A stretch of DNA of 64,000 bases, from NCBI GenBank assembly GCA_963772725.1, contig CAVYYI010000001.1, positions 672,001 to 736,000 on the forward strand, read 5' to 3'. Numbering within the stretch: position 1 is the first letter of the stretch; each line of letters begins with the position of its first letter. The notes under the pieces are model-generated. The model was not told where the DNA came from and made no database searches. It worked only from the letters and a program-made list of their open reading frames with translations. This stretch comes from an uncultured Phycisphaerales bacterium (lineage in GTDB: Bacteria > Planctomycetota > Phycisphaerae > Sedimentisphaerales > Anaerobacaceae). Below, in pieces: positions 30,100 to 40,910 of the stretch. A program made the translations under genes and the position numbers.

Positions 30100-30271
30100 C
30101 TAAAAACTCAAAACCCCACTTTTTTCACATCTTACCCCACGACTTTTACAGTTTAATCTTAAATTTCCATGATTCAACAATCGTAAGTATATCGTTTGTT
30201 ATAAATAAATGCAAGCCAAAAATGGAATATTTTAAAAATTATTTATTATTTTTTTGATGAGTCTGTTTTAT

Positions 30272-30475
30272 TGTAATTGACTCAAACTGACCGACTCTAC
30301 TTGTCATACCCACGCAAACAGGTATCCAGTTTACAATTATCCTATGGATTCCGGCTACTTCGACCTCGCTCAGGACAGGTTTCGCGGAAATGACGTTCAG
30401 CGATAACCGTATGTCTAACATTAGGATTAGACAAATTTTTACTAAGAAGCAGTCAGTTTGAGCAATTGAGTTACA
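30272..30475. repeat. MITE-like composite: outer inverted repeats enclosing a REP-like palindrome with a nested short repeat
   Basis: TGTAATTGACTCAAACTGAC ... GTCAGTTTGAGCAATTGAGTTACA; inner GTCATACCC..ATCCA / TGGATTCC..GGAAATGAC (30303-30394) with CTTCGACCTCGCTCAGGACAGG inserted. Confidence 0.55.
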
Positions 30476-30585
30476 CTTCTCCCTTAAGAAATAACAATTG
30501 TCCTGTTAATTCTTTTAAGGTTGCTGTACGGCTTGATTATCGTAACATATTATCAGGTAATAAGTTACGATTTGGAACACATGTT

Positions 30586-31026
30586 TTATTTGAAAGACTC
30601 TAAAAAAAGCGAACCATCACTCAGTGCCGCAGTTAAATCGGCATAGTGGTATGGAATTTTGAATTTTTCGCATATATTCTTAAATTTTTTTATGGCGGCT
30701 TCGGTTAATTCACTTTGAAAATCCGCATTGCCTTTGCAGCAAAAAATGCGGCAACCGGCAAAACGATGTTCATAGATGTTGCATTGCCCGTCAATATTAT
30801 AAGGACATGTACCGGCGGTCATCATTTTGATTTTTTCTTTATCCAACTTTGCGGCCAGGTATATTACCTCGAGCGAAGTAATATAAAGACGGTGGCCGAA
30901 AACGTCAAAATTGCAGCACTTCCCGCAGGCGCTACAGGTGCCAGTTAGTTTACCCTGATTGTGAATTTGCAGAGCAATCCAATCATAGATTTCGGCGACC
31001 CTTTCAATGATGTTTCCGCTTTTCAT
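30586..31026 (-). CDS. YkgJ-family cysteine cluster protein
   Basis: CSACGKCC, CPY, CNIYEHRFAGCRIFCC. Confidence 0.8.
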   Translation of the reverse strand: MKSGNIIERVAEIYDWIALQIHNQGKLTGTCSACGKCCNFDVFGHRLYITSLEVIYLAAKLDKEKIKMMTAGTCPYNIDGQCNIYEHRFAGCRIFCCKGNADFQSELTEAAIKKFKNICEKFKIPYHYADLTAALSDGSLFLESFK

Positions 31027-31027
31027 A

Positions 31028-31468
31028 CTACCACCATTTTGGATTATTTTTTATATTTTCTATTTCATCGAAAGTGTAATATTTGCCATTATTTATGCCG
31101 GGACATTTTTTAAAGGCGGTATTCCATGAATCTGTACCGGTTAAGTTACTTGCCCAGAAAGGCCAAGTCCTGCACTGGTTAGGCCTGACAGGATAAATTA
31201 CACATTGTTTCCGCCCCGCGATTTTCTGCAGAAATATACAGTCATTTGTAACGGGCTGTTCGATAATCGTGGTTCTCTGGCCGACTCGTTTGAGGTATCG
31301 GCTGCGAAGCTGTCCAACCGGCATTTTGAGAAAATCAGCGATAAACTGTATTTCGCGATACGTAACCCAGATGTATCCTTCGTTCGGCCCGGAGCAGCAT
31401 TGTCCGCACTGCGCGCATTCAAAATGCAAGCCGCCGACATACCATTTATTTTTAGTCATAGATTTCAT
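31028..31468 (-). CDS. YkgJ-family cysteine cluster protein
   Basis: FECAQCGQCC, CIFL, CVIYPVRPNQCRTWPFW, CPG. Confidence 0.88.
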   Translation of the reverse strand: MKSMTKNKWYVGGLHFECAQCGQCCSGPNEGYIWVTYREIQFIADFLKMPVGQLRSRYLKRVGQRTTIIEQPVTNDCIFLQKIAGRKQCVIYPVRPNQCRTWPFWASNLTGTDSWNTAFKKCPGINNGKYYTFDEIENIKNNPKWW

Positions 31469-31654
31469 AGCTTAAAAACTCACTGGCCCTAATTGGCGGG
31501 ATTTAACTTTATGGAGTATAACATATAAATGGAATAAAGTAAATCATTTTGAACAGACCGGGCGGTTATGATAAACTGTTATGGAAATTCCGGAAAATAC
31601 TATTGTTGAGTATGTTGATGGTAATAAAGTAATGCTATAAGCGGTCGGTTTGCG

Positions 31655-34525
31655 TTAAATGTTATAGCAGTTAGCCAGGATTTTGATTGGGTGAGTTGTG
31701 GTTTTATGGCTGATGTGTTCTATTTGCATTTTGCAGACAGCGCATTCAGTCAAAACGTTTTTCACAGGAGATTCTTTTAGGGCGGCGGTTAATTTTTCTG
31801 AAATTTTTTCAGAAAGCGGATAGTTTTTCTTCTGCATTCCAAAAGTTCCAGCAAGGCCGCAGCAGCCCGCGTTGAGGTCGATGATTTTTACGTTGCAAAG
31901 TTTGCTTAGAAGTTCAGTTGTTGCCGCTTTGCCGTTGCTTATCGCGAGTAAATGGCACGGATTGTGATAAAGGAAATCGCCGGTTACGGGTTTGGCCGGG
32001 GATTTCAGTTTGCCCTTTTTATACAAATCAAGGAGGTAGCTCATCAGTTCAAAGGTATTTTCGGAGATAAGTTTCGCGTCATCGCTGTTAATAAAATGCC
32101 GCAGTTCATTTTTAAGGCACAATGCGGCGCTCGGCTCGGAACAGATAATCTTATACCCATTTCGCACGGCATCGGCGAGATGGCTGACGTTATATGCCAA
32201 TTCTTTTTTCGCGGGCTTTACATCGCCATAAACAATCGAAGGCAGCGGTACGGGCAATTGTTTTGGTATAATCACATGGATATTATTGTATCTAAGCACA
32301 TTGAGGACGGCAAAACCGAGTTCGTGGTCGTTATAATTGGCGTAAGTATCGACAAAATACGCGACTTTGTCTGTCGGCTTTATAATCGGTCCAGCATCGG
32401 CAAGGTATTTGCGGGCTTCTTTTACAAAAGAGCCTCGTTCAAAATGCGGTATCTTTCTCCGGTGGTCGAGACCTGTGAATATTTCGAGCAGCCATTTTAC
32501 AACCGCCAGGTTCATCACAAAATTGGACAGCGGTGAAAACTTAGTGCCGAATATTGAGAGCAGGCGATTTCTGCTTAGGAGCTTCTGTGTCAGCGTAAGG
32601 CCTCTGCGGCTGGCGTATTTTTCACGGGCGGCGATTATGAGCTTTGAGATATCGACGCCGGATGGACACTGGATAGAGCAGGCCTTGCAGTTGACGCACA
32701 AACTTAAAAATTTGCGGAACTCTTCCGATGCGAAATCTTTTCTATCGAGCTGACCGGTTGCCCAGAAACGAAGGACGTTTGCCTTTGCGCGTGAGCTACT
32801 GAGTTCTTCGCCTAATGCACGAAAGACAGGACACATTCGCAGGTCGTTAGCCCGCGAGAGGCAGACACCGCAGCCGCTGCATTTTTCGAGTTCGTATTCA
32901 TATTCATTTTCGTCGAAGAGGAGATTTGTTTTGAGCCGTTCGGCCAGCAGTTTATGACCGGCACGGAGGTTTTTGGTCATTATATCTGCGTCGGTGTTGA
33001 TTATCTTACCGGGGTTGAGCAGATTATCAGGGTCAAAAATATTTTTGATGGCGCGGAGCAGTTCGTAAAATTCATTTCCGTACTGCCGCTTGATAAATGC
33101 TGCTCGCACGAGACCATCGGCATGCTCGCCGCTGATTGACCCGCCCAGCGACCAGACCAGCTCGAACACATCATTAGCGATAGCCAGCATCTTTTCAACA
33201 TCAGCGGCATCGCCAAGGTCGAGATAAGGCCGAACATGCAGTTCGCCGTCACCCGCGTGGCCGTAAAAGGACATTGGGAAATTATATTTTTCACTGATGC
33301 GCTTCAGGCCGACGATGTATTCGGCCAGTTTTACGTTCTCAACAGAGGCATCCTCGATAAACGGCACAGGCTGTTTTCTGCCCTTATTCCTGCTCAACAG
33401 CGGTACCGCGTCCTTACGGGATTTCCAAAGCCTTTTCTGCTGCTGGGCATCGAAGAATATATTTCTTCCGCATGCATTTTCACCTATGAGCGAATCGGTC
33501 TTTTCAATCTTTTCGCGAACCACATCGCTTGTGTCGCCGGTATGCTCAACCAGCAGAACAACTTCCGCATCGGCAGGGAGAATGTCACGGTATTGCGGCA
33601 TCGCATCGAGTGCCATCGCAATTAATGTTTTGTCCATAAGTTCGCAGGCCGATGCGCCGGTACTGACAATCAGCGGGACAGCCTTTGCCATTTTTTCGAG
33701 CGAATCAAATTCGAGCTGCAGCAGGACCTTTACCTTTGGCAGAGGGACGGTTTTAAGTTTAATCTTTGTAAAAACCGCAAGCGTACTTTCAGAGCCTGCC
33801 ATCAGTCGGGCCAAATCGACTTTACCATCGTGGCACAAGCCTGCGATGTTATAACCGCTGTGATTTCGTTTTGTCCGCGGCAGGGCTTTATTAATTATTT
33901 CATTTTTGCCCGAAAGCACAGCGAGACATTTTTCCGCGAGGTGAACAAGTTGTTCATTGCCGCCTTTTTTCGGGTCGAAATTATTTTCCAGGTTAACGAG
34001 TGTACCGTCAGCAAGTATCGCTTCGATGCTTTCAACGTGGTCTGCGATATAGCCATATTCGAGCGAATGAGCGCCTGTCGCGTTGTTGGCGACACAGCCG
34101 CCGATAACAGCACGATTTCCGCTGGACGGGTCGGGGCCTATTTTTCTGCCGTATTTGGCGAGATAATCATTAACCTCATCGAATACCACACCCGGCTCGC
34201 ATATAACATATTCACCATTATTTTCGATGCCAATAATCCTGTTCATATAACGGGTCATATCGAGAATTATCCCTGTGCCGAGCGATTCGCCTGCTACACC
34301 GCTGCCTGCACCACGGGCGACAACAGGTATATTATTTTCCGCCGCGAAACCAATAACAGCGGCCGCATCGGAAGCGTCGCAGGGTGCGATAACGTATTGC
34401 GGAACAATCTGGTAAATACTGGCGTCAGTGCTGAAGGCAGCGCGATGCAGTACATCCGTAAAGACATCGCCGTCAACAATTTTCGACAAATGTGCGGCAA
34501 TTTTTTTTGCGTTGAGGGCGGTCAT
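31655..34525 (-). CDS. FAD-binding/Fe-S oxidoreductase (GlcD+GlcF/YdiJ-like fusion with CCG domains)
   Basis: RGAGSGVAG, GHAGDGELH, GEHADG, CSGCGVC, CVNCKACSIQCP, CCGLAG. Confidence 0.88.
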   Translation of the reverse strand: MTALNAKKIAAHLSKIVDGDVFTDVLHRAAFSTDASIYQIVPQYVIAPCDASDAAAVIGFAAENNIPVVARGAGSGVAGESLGTGIILDMTRYMNRIIGIENNGEYVICEPGVVFDEVNDYLAKYGRKIGPDPSSGNRAVIGGCVANNATGAHSLEYGYIADHVESIEAILADGTLVNLENNFDPKKGGNEQLVHLAEKCLAVLSGKNEIINKALPRTKRNHSGYNIAGLCHDGKVDLARLMAGSESTLAVFTKIKLKTVPLPKVKVLLQLEFDSLEKMAKAVPLIVSTGASACELMDKTLIAMALDAMPQYRDILPADAEVVLLVEHTGDTSDVVREKIEKTDSLIGENACGRNIFFDAQQQKRLWKSRKDAVPLLSRNKGRKQPVPFIEDASVENVKLAEYIVGLKRISEKYNFPMSFYGHAGDGELHVRPYLDLGDAADVEKMLAIANDVFELVWSLGGSISGEHADGLVRAAFIKRQYGNEFYELLRAIKNIFDPDNLLNPGKIINTDADIMTKNLRAGHKLLAERLKTNLLFDENEYEYELEKCSGCGVCLSRANDLRMCPVFRALGEELSSSRAKANVLRFWATGQLDRKDFASEEFRKFLSLCVNCKACSIQCPSGVDISKLIIAAREKYASRRGLTLTQKLLSRNRLLSIFGTKFSPLSNFVMNLAVVKWLLEIFTGLDHRRKIPHFERGSFVKEARKYLADAGPIIKPTDKVAYFVDTYANYNDHELGFAVLNVLRYNNIHVIIPKQLPVPLPSIVYGDVKPAKKELAYNVSHLADAVRNGYKIICSEPSAALCLKNELRHFINSDDAKLISENTFELMSYLLDLYKKGKLKSPAKPVTGDFLYHNPCHLLAISNGKAATTELLSKLCNVKIIDLNAGCCGLAGTFGMQKKNYPLSEKISEKLTAALKESPVKNVLTECAVCKMQIEHISHKTTTHPIKILANCYNI

Positions 34526-35355
34526 TTACTACGGCCTTTAGGTTCGTCAGATACGAACTCAGTTTGAGAAATACTCGAATTATTCCGCAGACCTGCAAGC
34601 TCTTCTTCGCCTGCATGGCCTGTGATAAACTGCTGAACAATCTGATTTTTGCTGTTGCGGATATAATCCGCGTTTCCGTCAGCGATGATTCTGCCATTGT
34701 GAAGCATAACGATCCTGTCGGCGACTTTATAGGCGCTTTTCATATCGTGTGTAACAGCCACGCTTGTAACACCAAGTTCCTGCTGAAGCTTGCGTATAAG
34801 CTCATTGATTACATCGGAACGAATTGGGTCAAGTCCGGTGGTTGGTTCATCATAAAGAATTATTTCGGGGTTCAGCGCGATGGCTCTGGCCAGAGCGACC
34901 CTTTTTCGCTGGCCGCCGGAAAGTTTGGCAGGGTAGTAGTTTTGAAAACCATCGAGGCCGACCATTGCCAGTTTGGCTTTAACGAGGTCATGAGTTTTAT
35001 CGCCGGAGATAAACTGATGATGCTGCCGGATAGGAAAGAGAATATTTTCCGCGACGGTGATACTGTCGAATCAGACCCCGCTTTGAAAGAGAAAGCCGTA
35101 ATGGGTGCGTATCTCGTTTAATTCATCTTCATGCAGATTATCGATTCTTTGGCCCTTGAAATAAATTTCACCTGATGTGGGTCTGAGCAGCACGAGCAGA
35201 TGTTTTATCAGAACTGTTTTGCCGCAGCCGCTTGGGCCGATGACAACGGTTGTTTTGCCTTTTTCAATGGAAAGAGAAATATCGTTGAGAACAATATTGT
35301 CGCCAAACTTCTTTGTAAGATTCTTAACAACGATTACTTCGCTGTTTTCACTCAT
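34522..35355 (-). CDS. mlaF: ABC transporter ATP-binding protein, MlaF/Mkl type (frameshifted)
   Basis: GPSGCGKT, LSGGQRKRVALARA, LYDEPTTGLDP. Confidence 0.8.
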
Positions 35356-35365
35356 ATTTTATTCC

Positions 35366-36175
35366 TTATACGAGGCTTTTTAACGGCCAGAATGTATCAT
35401 AGATAGCATTGGAAATCACCGCAATTGAAAAATCAAGAGCCAAAATTGAAATAAAACTTGCTACAAACGCTTCAGTACAAGCACGCCCAACGCCCTGCGC
35501 ACCTTCCCGGCAATGAAAACCTTTATAGCAGCTTATGGCAGCGATGGCGACTCCGAAGAAAAATCCTTTTACAATACCAACTCCGATATCCCAGAAATCA
35601 ACACCTGCAGCAGTAAAATCCCAATACGCTTTGCCGTTAATACCAAACTGAACAACGCCGACAAAATATCCGCCCAATACGCCCATAAGATTGGCATAAA
35701 TGATTAAAAATGGTGTCAGCAGCAGACACGCTAAAAGCCTTGGCGCGACTAAATAACGGACAGGGTCAGTTCCCATACTTCGAACCGCGTCAATCTGCTC
35801 AGTAACCTTCATCGTACCTAATTCCGCTGTAAGGGCGCCTCCGACGCGTCCAGCCAACATTACAGCCGCCAGAACTGGACCGAGTTCCTTTACAACCGCG
35901 ACATTTATCAAAACACCGAGATGCTCTTCAAGCCCCATACCGGCAAGCTGGGCGTAGGACTGAACAGCCAGAATCATTCCGACAAATGCGCCCGTTATCA
36001 TAACAATAGGAACGCTCTGAACACCGATAAGGTTCATCTGTGTGCAGATGAGTGAATACGTATCGCTTCTGCTGAAACTTCTCAGGGAGGCGTTTGTCGC
36101 CTGGCCTAAAAATCGTCCGAACCTGCCGATTTCGCCTACCATTTCCGCGGCCCTGATATTAAGTACCCCTGTCAT
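35366..36175 (-). CDS. mlaE: MlaE-family ABC permease
   Basis: ELGPVLAAVMLAGRVG, AELGTMKVTEQIDA, GAQGVG. Confidence 0.88.
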   Translation of the reverse strand: MTGVLNIRAAEMVGEIGRFGRFLGQATNASLRSFSRSDTYSLICTQMNLIGVQSVPIVMITGAFVGMILAVQSYAQLAGMGLEEHLGVLINVAVVKELGPVLAAVMLAGRVGGALTAELGTMKVTEQIDAVRSMGTDPVRYLVAPRLLACLLLTPFLIIYANLMGVLGGYFVGVVQFGINGKAYWDFTAAGVDFWDIGVGIVKGFFFGVAIAAISCYKGFHCREGAQGVGRACTEAFVASFISILALDFSIAVISNAIYDTFWPLKSLV

Positions 36176-36336
36176 AGTTTTTACTCCTAAAAATCATTAT
36201 CTCAGCACAAAAAACCGGCTTGCAGCGTATTGTAAATGCTGCTCCGGCGGAGATTGGTTCAAAAACAAGCTCTATCGCTGAATTATGAATATATGTAATT
36301 ATCAATAATTAACAAAAATAGTCAACCTACTTTTAT

Positions 36337-36365
36337 TTGCAATAATTGCACTATTTTGCTATAAT
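36337..36365 (+). promoter_or_regulatory. sigma70-type promoter of the AraC regulator
   Basis: TTGCAA, 17 nt ending in TGC, TATAAT. Confidence 0.65.
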
Positions 36366-36424
36366 GACATAACTCTATAATTTATATATAGCTACGAGTA
36401 CATAAAGAAAGAAGTCGGCCAAAA

Positions 36425-37732
36425 ATGGCAAAAACGAACAAAGAACATTATTTAAGTAAACGTCTGACGGATAATAAGTTTCACGAGATAGAACGTATTT
36501 TTCGAAAACATTTTAAACTCGGCATAGAAACAACAGATATCGGCGGTAACGAAATAACCACCCTGTGCAGCGGCAACTGCCACCCCGAATTCTGCAAAAT
36601 CGTGCGAGGCAGCGATAAAGGACTCAAGAGATGCCTCAAAGAACGGGAAAAAAGTCTCAAAGTAGCCATAGAAACAGGGGAGTCTTATATCTCTATCTGT
36701 CACGCCGGCATAGTCCTAGTCTGTATTCCGGTTATGGATAAAGATGAGGCTCTGGGCGGTATGTTTTTCGGCAAATGCCTCTGGGCTTCTGTTACGGAAA
36801 CGCTCGTTGAAGATATACAGAAACGTCTTAAAGGACTGCATATAGACATTAACAGGCTGGCGGATTCTCTGCACGAACTGCCGGTTATACAGGGACGCAA
36901 TATTCAAAAAGCCGCCGAATTTCTTTTTGATTTACTATATGAAGTAGGGGGGTTCGATACGCGGGTCATTAGGTGGCGGCAGCAGCGATCTGAGCAGCAG
37001 TCGAAAATCGGCGAGTTTATTCATGAGAGAAAGAAATTGAGCGCCGAATGGAAATATCCACTCGAAAGCGAACGGGAACTGCTTGGCAAGGTAAAAATTG
37101 GCGACAAAACCGGCGCCAAGGAGATTCTAAATTCCATCCTCGGTACAATTCTTTTTCATAATCCCGGCGACCTCGGTATCCTGAAGGCAAGGCTGCTCGA
37201 ACTGTTGAGCATCCTGAACCGTGCGGCAGTTGAAGGCGGCGCAGATATCAATGTTATGCTCGAAAAGAATCTTTCTTACGTCAATAAGATGATGCAGATT
37301 GATACACAGGAAGACCTGTGCGCATGGATAAGCGCAGCATTGAACGAGTTCATCGAGACTGTTTACTCCACGCAGGACGCTAAAAAAATAACGCAAATCA
37401 CGCCCGCCATAAATTATATCGACGCCAATTACGATAAAACGATAAGTCTTGCCGAAATCGCCAAGGCGTCATATTTGAGCGTCTCACGTCTTGCGCACCT
37501 GTTCAAGGAGCAGATGGGTATAACGATTATTGATTATCTGACCAGTGTCAGGATTGAGCGGGCCAAACAACTGCTGCTGGCTACCAGTCAGAACTGTACG
37601 GAGATTTGTTTTCAGGTTGGCTACAACAATCAGAGTTATTTTAATCGCACATTCAAAGAGCTTGTCGGAGTGACGCCGCGGCAATTTCGCGTAGAAAATC
37701 ACAAAAGAGACAACATGTCATCGCCATTGTAA
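36425..37732 (+). CDS. AraC-family regulator with N-terminal PocR ligand-binding domain
   Basis: FCKIVR..C..ICHAG PocR motif; C-terminal VGYNNQSYFNRTFK..GVTPRQFR. Confidence 0.88.
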   Translation: MAKTNKEHYLSKRLTDNKFHEIERIFRKHFKLGIETTDIGGNEITTLCSGNCHPEFCKIVRGSDKGLKRCLKEREKSLKVAIETGESYISICHAGIVLVCIPVMDKDEALGGMFFGKCLWASVTETLVEDIQKRLKGLHIDINRLADSLHELPVIQGRNIQKAAEFLFDLLYEVGGFDTRVIRWRQQRSEQQSKIGEFIHERKKLSAEWKYPLESERELLGKVKIGDKTGAKEILNSILGTILFHNPGDLGILKARLLELLSILNRAAVEGGADINVMLEKNLSYVNKMMQIDTQEDLCAWISAALNEFIETVYSTQDAKKITQITPAINYIDANYDKTISLAEIAKASYLSVSRLAHLFKEQMGITIIDYLTSVRIERAKQLLLATSQNCTEICFQVGYNNQSYFNRTFKELVGVTPRQFRVENHKRDNMSSPL

Positions 37733-37808
37733 AAAACGCAGAAGCAGCATCGAGAGGCTAAGCCAAAGACAACTTCAAGAATTTTTGAAAAGATGGTAAC
37801 GAAAAATT

Positions 37809-37840
37809 AAAAAACCGCCGGATTAAGACCGGCGGTTTTT
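37809..37840. terminator. Bidirectional intrinsic terminator between convergent genes
   Basis: AAAAAA-CCGCCGG-loop-CCGGCGG-TTTTT. Confidence 0.85.
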
Positions 37841-37864
37841 GATTTGAAGAAAGAAAGTTGTGGA

Positions 37865-39919
37865 TTACTTGGAAGCATTTTCAGCGTTGGCGGCTCTGAT
37901 TTTTTCCAGCAGACCCAGCAGTTTTGAGGCTGCGTCATAATTGTTGGCGTTGAGAGCGGCATGCTGGAGCGGCTCAACGGCGGTATCAATTTCGCCGATG
38001 CCGAGCAACTGGTAGCCCAAAAGAAGCTGTAAATCTATGTTATAATTATCCTGAACGGCTTTTGCGGTGAGGGTATCAATCTGTTTGACGAGGACATCAT
38101 CTTCGGAGTAGAGGCCGCGCGGATAAAAAACGCCTTGAGCTTCGGGGGTAACATTCTTCATGGCTGTGCGCAGAATGTCGGCGGCGTCGGAGTATCTCTC
38201 AGCGGCGAAGAGGGCCTGGACATACGCGAATGGAAGGACGGTATCTTCGGGGGAGATGCTGTACGCCTGGGAGAATCTGTCGATTGCGGCGGTGTAGTCG
38301 GCGGCTTCAAAGGCTTTGACGCCTTCGTCGAAATATGTGTCGGCGGTGGTTGGCTTGGCGGGTGGTGCGAGCTGCGCGGATGGGGCAGGTAAGACGCTTT
38401 GATTAAGCGGGGCCGTGTTGATAGCGACAGGGACGGAGGTGTCAGCCCGGAGTAGTGCTATTATTGGTGGTATAGTAGTTGTAGGTGTAATAGTTGTAGG
38501 TGTTGCCCTAGACTTCGTATGGGACGGGTGAATAGCCGTACCATGCGTAAGGGTGATAGCCATACCAGTAGTATCGGGCATAGGTGTAGTTGGCGGGCCA
38601 GTAACCGCACAGGCTCACGAAGACGTATCTGCGAAGCTGGTATGGATACACATAGTGGTATGTCTCCCAGGGGCCAAAGTTGTAATAGACCGCGAAACTG
38701 AAACCCGGCCAAACAATCCGCGTGCATATACGGTTATGGTAGTCGAAGTACACATGTTCATAGCGGCGGTGATGGGAATCATGATGATGCGGATTGTAAG
38801 AATATGTAGCGTGGTTGAAATTGTTGACGATTCGCGTTTTGTTAACAGTGATGTTCACGCTATTGGTTGAGTTACCGGTTCTTCCTGGTCTGGAATTGCC
38901 TGAAAGGTTGTCGAGCATTGTGAGGTTGACTTCTCTTCGTTTTTGAGAGATTGTCGGCGGAATATCGCGGTCTTTACGATTCAACGCTGAGAATTTTCGT
39001 TCGAGTGTGCCGCTGCTGTCGCGGGTTCTGGAAAAAACCTTGACATTGTGACTGCTGTCAGTCTCTGCTGGTGCTGTACGAATAGAAACCTTGTTATCCG
39101 GACTTATTGTTTCGCCGATTCTGCTGCGGTTATGGTCGAGCGTTCTTTCGGGCTTGGTAACGGTAACAACCGATTTATCGTTAGCTGCGCCGCTGTCGCG
39201 TTTTGTTTCGGGAAGCGGATTTTTCACGATACCGACGGAAGGCCTATCATTATTTTGCGATGGTGCATCTCTTTTAGCGGTGAAAACTCTGCTTCGTGTG
39301 GCTTCGGAAGGATTCATGCGAATTACCGGCGTTGATGTTATCCCTTTTTGCGGATTAGATTCTGTATGTGCGGGGGTTTTAACGGCGGTAATATCCTGCG
39401 TAGGTTTATTGACAGCAGGTGTTGTCGTCTGGGGTGAATTATTAAATTTCATTCTGGAAGAGGCGTTGAAATTTGTGCCATGGTCTTCGATTGCATTGCG
39501 GTGTGAGTCCCGCATTGGTGAAGCGGGCATGGCGGGCTTTGCTGTCGCGGGACTGCTGATAACTGGCTGGCGCGGAGCTCTATGCTGCGATTCGAAGGTG
39601 CAGCAGGGGTGGCTGGCATTGGTGTAATAGTTACCGCGGGTCTGTTGACAATCTGCGGCCGCGGGGTCTCTACGCTGCGTCGAGAACTTTCGACACTGCG
39701 AGATGGGGCGGCTGGCGGTGAAGCGCGAACGGCGGGGGCGGCAGGAGCTGTGTTCGCGGATTGTTTATCCGATTGAGCGGTCTGCCGGTCAGATGATGAT
39801 GACCCCTGGCTTCCGCTATCTCGCGGGCCTCTTGCGGAGGCAGGTTCAATAAGGAATATCAAAGCCAGAGCCAGCACAATAGAAACGAAATTCCATTTTG
39901 TTTGATTGAGTGCTAACAT
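37865..39919 (-). CDS. Secreted low-complexity protein with Tyr/His-rich segment and C-terminal TPR domain (split by frameshifts)
   Basis: Signal peptide ending ASA; Ser/Pro/Thr-rich region; YFDEGVKAFEAADY..LLLGYQLLG TPR-like. Confidence 0.7.
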
Positions 39920-40007
39920 TTTGAATCTCCTTTCCGCGGGCTGTTTTGAAGCCGCCTCGGTCGTTGCCCGTGCTGCGCCTCGGCTGACAGAGTTTAGTTT
40001 ACTTCAA

Positions 40008-40517
40008 TTATGTATCACGTTTGGATTCGATATATTCTTTATTAAGCTCATTATCATTTTTGTTATTGGCTGCAAGATATTTATCGAAAAATTTTATCGC
40101 TCGCCTGAACACATTCAGCATGACTTCCTTCTCTTCATCGCTGACATTTATGGCCTGGATTATGGCCCGAAAGCGTTCTGCCCGCTGCATATTGAAAACC
40201 TCGATTGTTTTTTTACCTTTTGGTGTAAGCTCGATAAAAGTTGTTCTTTGGTCGTCGGGGCTTATAGTCTTAGAGACCATTTTCATATCACGCCAGAGCC
40301 TGGTTATGGTGGTTGATATTGTGCTGCCGCTGGTGGTGGGGTCTGCTGCCGAGATTTCTGAGACGGTCATTTTGCCGTTATCGTTTAGCAGGTCAAGAAT
40401 CATCCACTCTCGCTCAGTAAGGCCTTGTGAATCGGCTTGTTCTTCCTGCTTTGCCCTAAGCAGCCTTAGCTTTGAGCCGAGGTCTCGCATTACTTTTTCC
40501 AGTTCCGCTGAGTACAT
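40008..40517 (-). CDS. MarR-family transcriptional regulator
   Basis: LTEREWMILDLL, STISTTITRL, DDQRTTFIELTPKG. Confidence 0.85.
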   Translation of the reverse strand: MYSAELEKVMRDLGSKLRLLRAKQEEQADSQGLTEREWMILDLLNDNGKMTVSEISAADPTTSGSTISTTITRLWRDMKMVSKTISPDDQRTTFIELTPKGKKTIEVFNMQRAERFRAIIQAINVSDEEKEVMLNVFRRAIKFFDKYLAANNKNDNELNKEYIESKRDT

Positions 40518-40910
40518 TTTTAGCTCCTGATAAACTTGTTTCTAAATTCTAATACTGTTTTATAATCAAATAGTTCATTTGTCAAACATATTTTTTAAAA
40601 AATAGTTCAAAAACTAAAATAATTTTTAAATAAACTAATGGATTCAGCCTAAATAAGGCGGCCCAAGAACCATAACATCTTTATTTACAAGGAGTTAGTA
40701 AAATATAGATATGGCTGTCAAAAAAAATGAAATTTTCTAAGAATTTTAAGAAAAAATTTAAAAAAAACAGTGGAAAATGGATTTAAACCGTTGCGATATT
40801 ACGAGGATTTTGATATTTTGAATATATCGGGGTCAGGAAAATATTTCAAGGAATATTAAATGGTCAATACGAAATAGAAGCAAATCTTTAATTTCAAGGG
40901 AGGCAAAACT

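Noticed and set aside
30540..30570. TAAC...GTTA palindrome as an integron attC site
   Set aside because: Far too short for attC and no integron integrase in the window
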